Below are positions 41,774 to 51,298 of a stretch of 64,000 nucleotides of DNA, in pieces. The notes beneath the pieces are model-generated. The model made no database searches and had not been told where the DNA came from. It worked only from the letters and a program-made list of their open reading frames with translations. Source of the DNA: Angustibacter luteus (lineage in GTDB: Bacteria > Actinomycetota > Actinomycetes > Actinomycetales > Angustibacteraceae); contig NZ_BAABFP010000008.1 of assembly GCF_039541115.1 (NCBI RefSeq), positions 496,001-560,000 of the forward strand, read 5' to 3'. The position numbers were made by a program, and so were the translations under genes. Numbering within the stretch: the first letter of the stretch is position 1; every line of letters begins with the position of its first letter.

Positions 41774-42762
41774 CCTCGACCACCGCGTCGACCACCGCGG
41801 ACCGGCGACCGGGCAGCTCCCGGCGCCGGTCGCGGCGGGGCAGCCCGAGCCGCTCCCCGTGGAGCGCGGTGCTGGTGATGGTCTCGCCCTTCCTGGTGGG
41901 CCTGGCGGTGTTCACGCTGTACCCGGTCGTCACGACGCTGTACTACTCGTTCACGAACTTCCAGCTCGGTTCGATCCGGCCCACCGAGTTCGTCGGCCTG
42001 CGCAACTACGAGCGGCTGTTCACCAGCTCGGACACGTTCTGGGTCGGCGTCCGGAACACGCTGTGGATGGTGCTGATCATGGTGCCGCTGCGCACCCTGT
42101 ACGCGATGTTCGCGGCGTGGGTCGTCGGCTCGGTGCGCCGCGGAGCCAGGGTGTACCGAACGCTGTTCTTCGTCCCGGCGATCGTGCCGGTGGTCGGCGC
42201 CTCGCTGGCGTTCATCGTGATGCTCAGCCCGACCGGGCCGGTGAATGCGTTGCTGGCCAAGGTCGGCATCGAGGGGCCGGCCTGGTTCGGTGACCCGCAG
42301 TGGTCCAAGCCCAGCCTGGTGCTGATGGCCCTGTGGGCGTGCGGCGACACCATCGTCATCTTCTCGGCCGCGATGCTGGACGTGCCGCGCGAGCTCTACG
42401 AGGCGGCCGACCTGGACGGCGTCGGGCGCTGGCAGCGGTACCGGCACATCACGTTGCCGTTCCTGTCGCCGGTGATCCTGTTCAGCGTGGTCACCGGGAT
42501 GATCTACACGTTCCAGTACTTCACGGAGGCGTTCGTGGCGTCCGGCTCGGCTAGTGCCGTGCAGGACTCCTCGCAGCTCCTCGGCTACCCCGGACAGTCC
42601 CTGCTCTTCTACACGACGGACCTCTACCAACAGGGCTTCGTGTACTTCAAGACCGGTTACGCCTCAGCGATGGCGTGGATGCTGTTCCTCGTCATCTTCG
42701 GCGCGACCGTGGTCATGCTGCGCATGTCCCGCTCGCTGGTGCACGACAGCGGGCGGCCCTGA
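41770..42762 (+). CDS. Sugar ABC transporter permease (CsnF-like)
   Basis: FVGLRNY, ELYEAADLDG EAA loop, GYASAMAW. Confidence 0.92.
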   Translation: MTSTTASTTADRRPGSSRRRSRRGSPSRSPWSAVLVMVSPFLVGLAVFTLYPVVTTLYYSFTNFQLGSIRPTEFVGLRNYERLFTSSDTFWVGVRNTLWMVLIMVPLRTLYAMFAAWVVGSVRRGARVYRTLFFVPAIVPVVGASLAFIVMLSPTGPVNALLAKVGIEGPAWFGDPQWSKPSLVLMALWACGDTIVIFSAAMLDVPRELYEAADLDGVGRWQRYRHITLPFLSPVILFSVVTGMIYTFQYFTEAFVASGSASAVQDSSQLLGYPGQSLLFYTTDLYQQGFVYFKTGYASAMAWMLFLVIFGATVVMLRMSRSLVHDSGRP

Positions 42763-43652
42763 TGGCCACCGCCGTCAGCCCGCGCCTGCCGGCCGCCGCC
42801 GCGCGCGAGCGGGACCGTCGTCCGTTCGGACGTCGGGTGCTGGAGGGTGTCGCCGAGCACGCACTCGCCGTCGCCCTGTCCGCGGCCTTCGTGCTGCCGC
42901 TGCTGGTCTGCGTCGTCACCTCGGTCATGACCCAGCAGCAGGCCGGCACCGGCGAGCTGGTCCCGCAGCCCCTGCACTGGGGGAACTTTCGCGAGGTCTT
43001 CGAGGTCATGCCGTTCGCGCGCGACCTGTGGAACACGTTGCTGTACGCGGGGTTGAGCGCCGTCGGCATCGTCGTGTCGTCCGTGCCGGTCGCGTACGCC
43101 GTCTCGCGGATGCGCTGGCGCGGGCGCAACGCGTTCTTCGTCGTGGTGCTGGCGACCATGATGATCCCGGCGCAGGTGACCAGCCTGCCGCTCTACGTGA
43201 TGTACGCCCACCTGGGCTGGATCGGCACGTTGAAGCCGCTCATCGTGCCGGCGTTCTTCGGCGACGCGTTCAGCATCTTCCTGCTGCGCCAGTTCTTCCT
43301 GACGATCCCCGAGGAGACCATCGAGGCCGCACGGGTGGACGGCGCGAGCGAGTACCGGATCCTGCGGCAGATCGTGGTGCCGATGGCCCGGCCCGCGCTG
43401 GCGGCGGTCGGCCTGTTCGCGTTCATGTTCGCTTGGAACGACTTCTACAACCCCTTGCTGTACAGCGGGAACAGCGCGAGCGGGCAGACCCTGGCCGTCG
43501 GCCTGGCCGGGCTGGCCAAGAGCGCGCACCAGTCGGCGTACCAGCTGCAGATGGCGGCCTCGCTGATGTTCCTGCTGCCCGTGCTGCTGCTGTTCATGAG
43601 CGCGCAGAAGGTGTTCATCGAGGGAATCGCCATGAGCGGGAGCAAGGGGTAG
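42762..43652 (+). CDS. Sugar ABC transporter permease (CsnG-like)
   Basis: FLLRQFF.TIP, EAARVDGAS, WNDF. Confidence 0.92.
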   Translation: MATAVSPRLPAAAARERDRRPFGRRVLEGVAEHALAVALSAAFVLPLLVCVVTSVMTQQQAGTGELVPQPLHWGNFREVFEVMPFARDLWNTLLYAGLSAVGIVVSSVPVAYAVSRMRWRGRNAFFVVVLATMMIPAQVTSLPLYVMYAHLGWIGTLKPLIVPAFFGDAFSIFLLRQFFLTIPEETIEAARVDGASEYRILRQIVVPMARPALAAVGLFAFMFAWNDFYNPLLYSGNSASGQTLAVGLAGLAKSAHQSAYQLQMAASLMFLLPVLLLFMSAQKVFIEGIAMSGSKG

Positions 43653-43668
43653 ACGAGATGATGGCCCG

Positions 43669-44946
43669 ATGAAGATCGCCGTGATCGGCGGCGGCAGCAC
43701 CTACACGCCGGAGCTCGTCGAGGGCTTCGCCCGCCGCGCGGACGTCCTGGGCGTGGACGAGCTGGTGCTGCACGACGTCGACGAGTCCCGCCTGGAGGTC
43801 GTCGGCGGGCTGGCCCAGCGCATCCTGCATCGCGCCGGGTTCCCGGGACGGCTGGTGACGACGTCCGACCGCACCGCGGCGATCGACGGCGCCTCGGCCG
43901 TGCTGGTACAGCTGCGGATCGGCGGCCAGGGGGCACGGCTGGTCGACGAGACGCTGCCCAACAAGCGGGGCGTGATCGGGCAGGAGACCACGGGCCCGGG
44001 CGGTTTCGCCAAGGCGCTGCGCACCGTGCCGGTCGTGCTGGACATCGCCGACGAGGTGCGACGCCGAGCGCTGCCGGACGCCTGGATCGTGGACTTCACC
44101 AACCCGGTGGGGATCGTGACCCGCGCCCTGCTGGACGACGGGCACCGCGCCATGGGTCTGTGCAACGTGGCCATCGGCTTCCAGCGGCGGCTCGCGGGCC
44201 GCTTCGGCGTCGACGCCGACCGGGTGCGACTCGGCCACGCCGGGCTCAACCACCTGTCGTGGATCCGCAGCGTCGAGGTGGACGGCGTGGAGCGGCTGCC
44301 CGAGCTGCTGCAGGGCGAGGGTGCGCAGGAGCTCGCCGCGGAGGTCGGCGTGCCGGTCGAGGCGCTGTCAGTGCTGGGCGCGATCCCGTCGTACTACCTG
44401 CACTACTTCTACTGCACCGACCACGAGCTCGAGGAGCAGCAGACCGGCGAGCACCGGGCCTCCCGGGTGGCCGACATCGAGCGCGAGCTCCTCACCATGT
44501 ACGCCGACCCCACGCTCGACCACAAGCCGGCCCTGCTGGAGCAGCGCGGCGGCGCCTACTACAGCGAGGCGGCCGCGGCGCTGGTGACGAGCCTGCTCAC
44601 CGGTGACGGCGCGCACCACTACGTCGACATCCGCAACGAGGGGACGATCGAGGGGCTGCCGGACGAGGCGGTCGTGGAGGTGCCGGCGGTCGTCGACCGC
44701 CACGGCGCGCACCCGGTGCCGGTACCGCCCTTGCCGCCCGAGATGCTGGGGCTCGTGCAGGCCGTCACCGCGTACGAGGTGCTGGCCGGGCAGGCCGCCC
44801 GGACCGGTGACCGGGACGTCGCGCTGCGCGCTCTCGTGGCTCACCCGCTGGTCCGCCAGTGGGACCTCGCGGTCGACCTGCTGGACGACCTGCTCGCCGC
44901 CAACGCGCACCACCTGCCGGCGTTCGATGGGGATCAGGGTGCCTGA
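43669..44946 (+). CDS. Glycoside hydrolase family 4 (6-phospho-beta-glucosidase / CsnH-like)
   Basis: IGGGSTYTPEL, GQETTGPGG, FTNPVG, GLCN, GLNH. Confidence 0.92.
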   Translation: MKIAVIGGGSTYTPELVEGFARRADVLGVDELVLHDVDESRLEVVGGLAQRILHRAGFPGRLVTTSDRTAAIDGASAVLVQLRIGGQGARLVDETLPNKRGVIGQETTGPGGFAKALRTVPVVLDIADEVRRRALPDAWIVDFTNPVGIVTRALLDDGHRAMGLCNVAIGFQRRLAGRFGVDADRVRLGHAGLNHLSWIRSVEVDGVERLPELLQGEGAQELAAEVGVPVEALSVLGAIPSYYLHYFYCTDHELEEQQTGEHRASRVADIERELLTMYADPTLDHKPALLEQRGGAYYSEAAAALVTSLLTGDGAHHYVDIRNEGTIEGLPDEAVVEVPAVVDRHGAHPVPVPPLPPEMLGLVQAVTAYEVLAGQAARTGDRDVALRALVAHPLVRQWDLAVDLLDDLLAANAHHLPAFDGDQGA

Positions 44947-44974
44947 CCGCGTGCCTGACCGCATGCCTGACCTG
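44939..44974 (+). repeat. Three tandem 12-bp units at the kinase start
   Basis: GTGCCTGACCGC GTGCCTGACCGC ATGCCTGACCTG. Confidence 0.85.
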
Positions 44975-45952
44975 GTGCTGGGCCTGGACGGCGGCAACAG
45001 CAAGACCGACGTCGTCCTCGCCGACTCGACGGGGCGGGTGCTCGCGCGCCGACGCGGGCCGGGCACGCGCTCGCACGTCGACGGCATCGCGACCATGGTC
45101 GACGGTCTCGCCGTCCTGGTGGACGAGGTCCGGGCGGGTGCCGGCATCGCGCCCTCCCAGCCGGTCGCCGTCGGCGCGTTCTACATCGCGAACCTCGACC
45201 TGCCGGAGGCCGAACGCGAAGCGCAGCAGGCGATCGCGGCCCGCGGACTGGCCTCCCGGGTGGTCGTCGGCAACGACACGGTGGCGGTGCTGCACGCCGG
45301 GGCGCCGGACGGGTGGGGCGTCGCCGTCGTGTCCGGTGCCGGGATCAACGCGATCGGGGTGGACCCGGCCGGGACGGTCGCCCGGTTCCTGGCGCTCGGT
45401 GAGGCCACGGGCGACTGGGGCGGCGGCTGGGCGGTGTCCGTCAGCGGGATCGGCGCGGCAGTGCGAGCGGGTGATGGGCGGGGGGCGGCGACCCTGCTCG
45501 GTGACCGGCTGGCGAAGCACTTCGACCGGACCAGCGTGGAGCAGGTCGCGATCGACGTCGCCGACGGCACGATCCGCCAGCACGACGTGATCACGGCGGC
45601 ACCGGTGGTCTTCCGGGCGGCGGTCGACGGGGACGACGTCGCCGCCGCCATCGTGCACCGGCTCGGCGACGAGGTCGTCGAGTTCGTCCGGGCAGCCGTG
45701 AACCGGTTGGGGCTGAACGACATCGACGTCCCGGTGGTGCTCGGCGGCGGCACGCTGCAGCACGGTCCGACCTTGCTCCTGGACCACATCACCGCCCAGC
45801 TCGCCCATCAGGTGCCGCGCGCCCTGCCTCGGGTGCTCGACGTCCCTCCCGTCGCCGGCGCACTGCTCTCCGCGCTGGCCACCGCGGGCGCCGGGCACGA
45901 CGTCCTGGCGCGGGCCCGTGCCGCACTCACGGCCCGGGACGCCGGGACCTAG
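44939..45952 (+). CDS. BadF/N-acetylglucosamine-kinase-type sugar kinase (CsnK-like)
   Basis: GLDGGNSKT, VGND, GAGIN, GDWGGG, LGGG. Confidence 0.88.
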   Translation: MPDRVPDRMPDLVLGLDGGNSKTDVVLADSTGRVLARRRGPGTRSHVDGIATMVDGLAVLVDEVRAGAGIAPSQPVAVGAFYIANLDLPEAEREAQQAIAARGLASRVVVGNDTVAVLHAGAPDGWGVAVVSGAGINAIGVDPAGTVARFLALGEATGDWGGGWAVSVSGIGAAVRAGDGRGAATLLGDRLAKHFDRTSVEQVAIDVADGTIRQHDVITAAPVVFRAAVDGDDVAAAIVHRLGDEVVEFVRAAVNRLGLNDIDVPVVLGGGTLQHGPTLLLDHITAQLAHQVPRALPRVLDVPPVAGALLSALATAGAGHDVLARARAALTARDAGT

Positions 45953-46007
45953 CCGAGCCCGGGTCCCCGGACTGATCGAGATCCACAGTCGCGCCAGGCA
46001 TTCCACC

Positions 46008-46754
46008 TCACGTGCGAGATCGCAGCACGGCGACCTCGGGGTACTCCTCCGGCGGTCCGTATCCGTGCTCGACCAGCCAACGCACGTTGCTCAGGCATCG
46101 CAACGACCACCAGGCGCGGATGAGCTCGCGGTCGACGTCCGTGCCGTAGCCGACGATGACGTCGTCGAGGTGCTCCGGGTGTCCGAGCGTGAGGGTGGCA
46201 AGGTCGAACAGCGCGTCACCCCGGGATCCCTCGGACCAGTCGATGACGCCGGTGACCTCGTCACCGGTGACGAAGACGTGGTCCACCTGCAGGTCGCCGT
46301 GCACAAAGACCTCTGCCCACGGCCGCAGCGCCCGCTCAGCGAGTCGGCGGTTGCGGGTGACCACCTCCGCCGGAAGGACGCCGTTCGCGACGAGCCACTC
46401 GCACTCACGGGCGAGGCCCGAGGCGAGCTCGTCGAGGCTCCGTCCGGGCCACGGTGGCGGCGGCGCGTTGTGCAGAGCTCGGACGGCAGCGCCGGCCGCG
46501 ACCCACGCCGCCGAGGTTGCGGCGGACGGCTCGCCGAGGTGGCCGAGCGCCGTCCCGGGAACCGCGGCCAACGCGAGCACGGGCGGGTTCCGCCAAAGGA
46601 TCGTCGGGGTCGGGAGCGGCGCCATCTCCATCACCTGGATCTCGACGTCGGTGCGGAACGGATCGGCATCGACCTTCAGGAACACGTCGCCGACGCGTAG
46701 GGTCGCCCGCTCGCGATGAGCGACGACGACCGAGACCTCCTCCACGTTGGCCAT
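46008..46754 (-). CDS. Aminoglycoside phosphotransferase-family protein
   Basis: VFLKVD, HGDLQVDHV, GVIDW, GDALFDLA. Confidence 0.88.
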   Translation of the reverse strand: MANVEEVSVVVAHRERATLRVGDVFLKVDADPFRTDVEIQVMEMAPLPTPTILWRNPPVLALAAVPGTALGHLGEPSAATSAAWVAAGAAVRALHNAPPPPWPGRSLDELASGLARECEWLVANGVLPAEVVTRNRRLAERALRPWAEVFVHGDLQVDHVFVTGDEVTGVIDWSEGSRGDALFDLATLTLGHPEHLDDVIVGYGTDVDRELIRAWWSLRCLSNVRWLVEHGYGPPEEYPEVAVLRSRT

Positions 46755-46837
46755 GATCGCGGGCTCGGCCGCCCGACGTCACCCCATATCTGCGCGCACC
46801 TGGACCCCGAGGTGGACGTCGTCGATAGCCTGCGGCG

Positions 46838-48013
46838 ATGGTCGCCAGGACTCCGATCGCCGTCGCTGCACTGGTGCGCGACGGCCTCGTGCTCCTGGTG
46901 CATCGCCATCCGCTGCGGCGGTGGTACCCGGATTGCTGGGACCTCGTCGGCGGACACATCGAGCCCGGCGAGTCGCCACGCCAGGCCGTGACCCGGGAAT
47001 GCCTCGAGGAGCTCGGTGTCTACGTCGAGGACCCTCGACCCCTCCCGCTGACGTTCAGCGACCCCACCCTGGACATGCACGCCTTCCTCGTGACGCGGTG
47101 GGAGGGGGAACCCGTCAACGCCGCACCCGAGGAGCACGACGACCTTCGCTGGTTCCGACCCGGCGAACTCGAAGACCTGAAGACTGCCCACCCGGGCAGC
47201 GTCCCGAGCCTCATCTGCGCACTGCAGGGCGCCACCGACCAGCCCGGCGAACGCTCCGGACGCGGACCCGCTGTCGGTGGGCCTTCGTATGCTGAGCGCG
47301 TGGCTGAGGGCGAGTTCGTCGACCGGGACCTGCGTGGCGCGCGGTTCATCGAGTGCGACCTGTCGGACGTGGTGATGCGCGGCGTCGACATCGCTGGGAT
47401 GGACATCGATGCTCCCTGGCTGCACGTAGGCCCGGGACTTCGGGTGAACGGGGTCGACGTGGCGCCGCTGGTCGAACAGGAGCTTGATCGCCGCTTTCCT
47501 GGCCGCAGCGAGCGGCGGGCGGAGAGCTCGGCTGGTCTGCGTGCGGCCTGGACCAGCGTGGACCAGGCGTGGGCCACGGCGATCGAGCGCGCGACGACGC
47601 TACCCGCCGGGTCCGTCGACGCAAGGATCGATGACGAGTGGTCCTTCGCGGAGACGCTGCGCCACCTAGTGCACGGCATCGACCTCTGGCTGGGCAAGGC
47701 CGTGCTGGGCCGGGAGGAGGCTGACTTCCATCCCCTCGGTCTCGGGTACGGCAGCAAGGCCTCCGAGGCTGTGCCTTATGGCGACATCGTGGCCGCCCGC
47801 GCGAACCGGGCCGCGATGGTGCGCGACTTCCTGGCCACCGTCACCGACGAGGTGCTCGACGAAGAGCGCCGCAACCCGCACAACCCGGCGAAGACCGAGA
47901 CGGTGCGCCACTGCCTGCACGTGATCCTCGGCGAGGGTTGGGAGCACCTGCGATTCGCCCTCCGTGACCTCGACGCGATCGAACACCCGCCAGCCCGGAC
48001 GTCGACGTCCTGA
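46838..48013 (+). CDS. NUDIX hydrolase in frame with a pentapeptide/DinB-family protein (DinB has its own GTG at 47300)
   Basis: Nudix box GGHIEPGESPRQAVTRECLEELG; DinB EWSFAETLRHL...EGWEHLRFA. Confidence 0.82.
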   Translation: MVARTPIAVAALVRDGLVLLVHRHPLRRWYPDCWDLVGGHIEPGESPRQAVTRECLEELGVYVEDPRPLPLTFSDPTLDMHAFLVTRWEGEPVNAAPEEHDDLRWFRPGELEDLKTAHPGSVPSLICALQGATDQPGERSGRGPAVGGPSYAERVAEGEFVDRDLRGARFIECDLSDVVMRGVDIAGMDIDAPWLHVGPGLRVNGVDVAPLVEQELDRRFPGRSERRAESSAGLRAAWTSVDQAWATAIERATTLPAGSVDARIDDEWSFAETLRHLVHGIDLWLGKAVLGREEADFHPLGLGYGSKASEAVPYGDIVAARANRAAMVRDFLATVTDEVLDEERRNPHNPAKTETVRHCLHVILGEGWEHLRFALRDLDAIEHPPARTSTS

Positions 48014-48020
48014 CCGGGCG

Positions 48021-48057
48021 GCGGCAGCCGCGAAGGGGCGCAGCTCACCCGATCCGG
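48021..48057 (+). repeat. Array repeat, degenerate copy
   Basis: GCGGCAG...GATCCGG immediately before the TCA stop at 48058. Confidence 0.4.
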
Positions 48058-48612
48058 TCAATCGCCGTTCTTGGGCAGTCGCCACCCCCACTGCCACGGC
48101 CACAGGAACCTCCTGCCGTGGTGAGCGAGCTCGTCATAGGGGAGGAGGCGCAGGCGTCCGATCGCGCCGGCGAGCGCGTCCTCGTACTGAGCGGTCTCGA
48201 ACGCGAGAGAGGCGGGCGCATTCTCGATGGGCTCAGGCGGCTCGTAGCCGTTCTCCCAGGCGAACTGACTCCAGGTGGTCAGCTCGGTGCCTACCTGAAG
48301 CCTGGCCGTGACTGCTCCACACGCGAGATCACCGCACGCGCCGCACACGAAGAGGAAGATCCGTCCGATGTCGAGCCCGTCCGCCGGACGTACGCCGAGC
48401 AGCTCGTCGATGGCGCGCTCGACGCCTGGGAGCCAGGCACGGTTCAGTGGTGTGACAAGGCCGCGGCTACCGGGAAGGGAGTCCGACAAGGCCCGTCCGT
48501 CGACCACGATGTCGAGGAAGTGCGACTCGGGGTACCTCGTCACGTTCCCGTCGTGGAACGTCCGCCGCAACACGACAGCCTGCAGAGCGAGCTGCGAAAC
48601 CTCAGTGGTCAC
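48058..48612 (-). CDS. Hypothetical cassette protein with CxxCxxxxC motif
   Basis: FLDIVVDG, FVCGACGDLACGAVT, WSQFAWEN. Confidence 0.7.
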   Translation of the reverse strand: MTTEVSQLALQAVVLRRTFHDGNVTRYPESHFLDIVVDGRALSDSLPGSRGLVTPLNRAWLPGVERAIDELLGVRPADGLDIGRIFLFVCGACGDLACGAVTARLQVGTELTTWSQFAWENGYEPPEPIENAPASLAFETAQYEDALAGAIGRLRLLPYDELAHHGRRFLWPWQWGWRLPKNGD

Positions 48613-48662
48613 GAGTGCACCCCAAGGTCCGTTCGCCTCCCTCGATTCACACCTCGATCAGG

Positions 48663-48688
48663 GGCGACCGCACGTGCCGGCAGACTCC
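48663..48688 (+). repeat. Array repeat, degenerate copy
   Basis: GGCGACCGCAC..CGGCAGACTCC abutting the TCA stop at 48689. Confidence 0.45.
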
Positions 48689-49090
48689 TCACGGCCTCTT
48701 GCGAGGTCGGGCGAACGCCCGGGCCGGATCGATCGCGGCGTAGGCGAACACCAGTCCGAGCACGATAAGCAGGAGTCCAGCCAGGATCTGCGTCGGGCTC
48801 CCCGCCAGGTGGGCCTGTGTGGGGTTCGATGCCGCGTAGCGGATCGTGACGGTGTCGCCCGTATGAAGGGACTCGTCCTCCAGGGTTGTGGTGACGTCGC
48901 GCCCGGATGAGGTGGTGAAGCGGACGGTGAAGGTGTCCGGCCACCGGTCGCGCGCCTCGACGCTGACTACCTGCGCCTGAGCCGTTACCCCGTCGCGGGA
49001 CACGGCAAGCTCGGCCGCCAAGAGCGACACGCCCCACGCGATCAGGCCAGCGCACATGACGATCGAGAACGAGCGTTGAATGATCCGCAT
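48689..49090 (-). CDS. DUF3592-like membrane protein
   Basis: TM, G..AQAQVV, VRFTTSSG, GDTVTIRY.ASNP, TM. Confidence 0.7.
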   Translation of the reverse strand: MRIIQRSFSIVMCAGLIAWGVSLLAAELAVSRDGVTAQAQVVSVEARDRWPDTFTVRFTTSSGRDVTTTLEDESLHTGDTVTIRYAASNPTQAHLAGSPTQILAGLLLIVLGLVFAYAAIDPARAFARPRKRP

Positions 49091-49311
49091 CGGTCTGCGC
49101 CATTCCGGCCTTGCCTTGGCCGAGGCCGCCGGCGGCGGCTTCGCGACGGTTCGGTCGACGTGCGGCAATGACCGACGCGGGTGGCGACGACTGACGGCCA
49201 CGCGAGGGTGCCTCCTCTCCATCCGTGCACGTGCTGATGCCGGCCCTCGGTTCCCGGACGGCGGCGCCCGCTGGATGATCGCACGCGTCGGCTCGACGCC
49301 CGGCCGCGCCC

Positions 49312-49455
49312 CTATGCGTGGTCGCGAGGCTCGCTCATCGTCGCGAGGCTTTGCGCTATCGACGCCAGGGCTAGGGCCTGGACCGCCTCCCAGGTACCGG
49401 GCTTCAGCTTCTCCGCCAACTTCGTCGCCTGCTCTGCGAGTTCCTTTGCCGTCAT
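49312..49455 (-). CDS. Small hypothetical protein (47 aa)
   Basis: TACCGT -10 seven nt before ATG; helical sequence. Confidence 0.5.
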   Translation of the reverse strand: MTAKELAEQATKLAEKLKPGTWEAVQALALASIAQSLATMSEPRDHA

Positions 49456-49513
49456 GTCGTGCACGGTACGGAGGCCGCGCGCCTGGTGCGTGGCGACGCG
49501 CGGAGCTCCTCGT

Positions 49514-49537
49514 CCCTCCACGCGGCAGATCCGGGCG
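49514..49537 (+). repeat. Array repeat (module B part)
   Basis: CCCTCCACGCGGCAGATCCGGGCG. Confidence 0.8.
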
Positions 49538-49554
49538 CCACGAGCTGCACGTCT

Positions 49555-49941
49555 TCAGACGGCTTCCGCGACCTGGATCAGGTGACCGTCCGGATCCTCG
49601 ACCCACGCGATGAGGAGCCGCCCAAGCCACGGCTGCGGCTCCTTCACCGGCGTGGCCCCGACCTCTTGGAGGCGTGCGTATGAAGCCGCGGCGTCGTCCG
49701 TCCACAGAATCACGGCAGCACGCTGGCCATGCGCAACGGGCTCGAGGCCATGGTCGTCGCGAGTGGACCCCTCGCTGGCCAGACCGATTCGGTACCCGTC
49801 GAGCACCAGGTCGACGTGGATGGGGGAACCCTCCGTGGGAGTTCTGAAGACCTCCTCAAAACCGAGCGCTTCATAGAAGCTCACCGTCCGAGGCAAGTCC
49901 CTACTGAACAACACGACCTGGGGGGTCCTGAACAGGCTCAC
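49555..49941 (-). CDS. VOC/glyoxalase family protein
   Basis: FYEALGF, WVEDPDGHLIQV; CAGACT -10 six nt before GTG. Confidence 0.88.
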   Translation of the reverse strand: MSLFRTPQVVLFSRDLPRTVSFYEALGFEEVFRTPTEGSPIHVDLVLDGYRIGLASEGSTRDDHGLEPVAHGQRAAVILWTDDAAASYARLQEVGATPVKEPQPWLGRLLIAWVEDPDGHLIQVAEAV

Positions 49942-49984
49942 CTTCGCAGTCTGGCAGGACCAACGGCGCAAAGCTCACCGTCTA

Positions 49985-50035
49985 GCCCTCCCACCGTGGC
50001 ATGACCGGTCGGCCGCCCTCAACGCGGCAGACCGG
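49985..50035 (+). repeat. Array repeat (B-B)
   Basis: GCCCTCCCACCGTGGCATGACCGGTCGGCCGCCCTCAACGCGGCAGACCGG. Confidence 0.8.
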
Positions 50036-50235
50036 CCGAAGATGACGGCACTGAGTGGGGATACTGGAGACGCCGTCAAGATCGAAATCCCCGAGGAGAC
50101 GTTCGCTGCGCGCTGGGCGACGTCCCGCGGTACCTGCGCTCGCTGGGCCTCGGACGGCTCCGCAAGGACCACAGCCTGCCGTTGACCCCTCCGGCGGAGA
50201 AGGTCTGGATTCAGTCCGTGCAGGAGTTTCGGCGA

Positions 50236-50262
50236 CGCCCTGTCCGCGGCAGATGCGGACGT
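50236..50262 (+). repeat. Array repeat (right end)
   Basis: CGCCCTGTCCGCGGCAGATGCGGACGT abutting the CTA stop at 50263. Confidence 0.7.
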
Positions 50263-50637
50263 CTATCTGAACTCGGTGAGGGACAGCACGTTTCCGTCAG
50301 GATCGCTGAACCACGCGACGTGATCGCCGTTTGGAGTCGTCCACACACCTTGCGCGTCCTGCTCCATGCCGTCGTATCGGGCGAAGACAACGCCGAGCGA
50401 AACGAGCCCGCTGACGGACTTGCTCAGGTCAGCCACGCGCCAGCCGAGAACGGTGTAACCGGGGTGGGCTACCTTCGCCACGGCAGTGACGCGCAGCATG
50501 GTGCGGTGAGCGTCAAACACGACCGCGTAGGCGTTCTCATCGATGACGCGAAGCCCGAGGACTCGCTCGTAGAAGGTGCGCGCCCGGGCCAAATCGGTTG
50601 CGGGCGCGAATGCGACCACATCGCTGGTTGCCAGCAC
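50263..50637 (-). CDS. VOC/glyoxalase family protein
   Basis: DLARARTFYERVLGL, AWFSDPDGNVLSL. Confidence 0.9.
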   Translation of the reverse strand: MLATSDVVAFAPATDLARARTFYERVLGLRVIDENAYAVVFDAHRTMLRVTAVAKVAHPGYTVLGWRVADLSKSVSGLVSLGVVFARYDGMEQDAQGVWTTPNGDHVAWFSDPDGNVLSLTEFR

Positions 50638-50762
50638 GGCAGCCCCCTCAACGGTGACGACAAGCGCTTCAGTGTGCCGCACGAGTACCGCGGCCTGCAC
50701 TCCTCTCGGCCTGAGAGTCGATCGGCGCCGGGCCGCAGGCAGGCGGCGAAGTGACGCGGGTA

Positions 50763-50784
50763 CGGATCGCGGCAGATCCGGGCG
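50763..50784 (+). repeat. Array repeat (core)
   Basis: CGGATCGCGGCAGATCCGGGCG. Confidence 0.75.
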
Positions 50785-50820
50785 TTGCCCGGAGGTCGCC
50801 TTTCCACCAGTCTGATGCGC

Positions 50821-51186
50821 GTGACAGGGATGATCCGTCAGCTTCAGGTTGCCCTTGAGGAGCGGGCCTGGACGCAGACGCGGCTGTCAATGCGCGAGCC
50901 CACAGCCTCCTTGTCGACGGAACTTCTTGAACTGCGCCCCGTTGATGGCTCCGGCGCGACGATCAAGGTCGTCGAGGATGGGGGCAGCCTCCATGTCATG
51001 GCGGGTGATCGCACCGAGGACTTGCTCGACAATCAGCGCGCTGCCTTGGATCTGATCGCGGCCATCGTTGAGCAGGGATTGGTCGAGGACTACCTGCTCG
51101 GGTGGTTCCGGAACGGCCGTCCTGCAAGCGGTGGCGAGATGCCGCGCAGTGGTTGGCGACGGCGCAAGGTATGGCCGGCACATTGA
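50821..51186 (+). CDS. Hypothetical cassette protein
   Basis: Open frame filling the gap between two repeats; start approximate. Confidence 0.5.
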   Translation: MTGMIRQLQVALEERAWTQTRLSMREPTASLSTELLELRPVDGSGATIKVVEDGGSLHVMAGDRTEDLLDNQRAALDLIAAIVEQGLVEDYLLGWFRNGRPASGGEMPRSGWRRRKVWPAH

Positions 51187-51198
51187 CAGGGCCAATCA

Positions 51199-51264
51199 CC
51201 TGAACATCGGCAGGGGCGCACGCTCTGCGGCAGGACCGGGCGATCGCCCCCAACGCGGCATGAC
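51199..51264 (+). repeat. Array repeat (A+B, diverged)
   Basis: CCTGAACATCGGCAGGGGCGCACGCTCTGCGGCAGGACCGGGCGATCGCCCCCAACGCGGCATGAC. Confidence 0.8.
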
Positions 51265-51298
51265 AGTGCACGACAAGCGTGGTGCTTTGATGTGGGGC

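Noticed and set aside
50036..50235. Gene between the repeats at 49985 and 50236
   Set aside because: Only short, frame-broken ORFs; possibly a decayed cassette but not supportable as a CDS.
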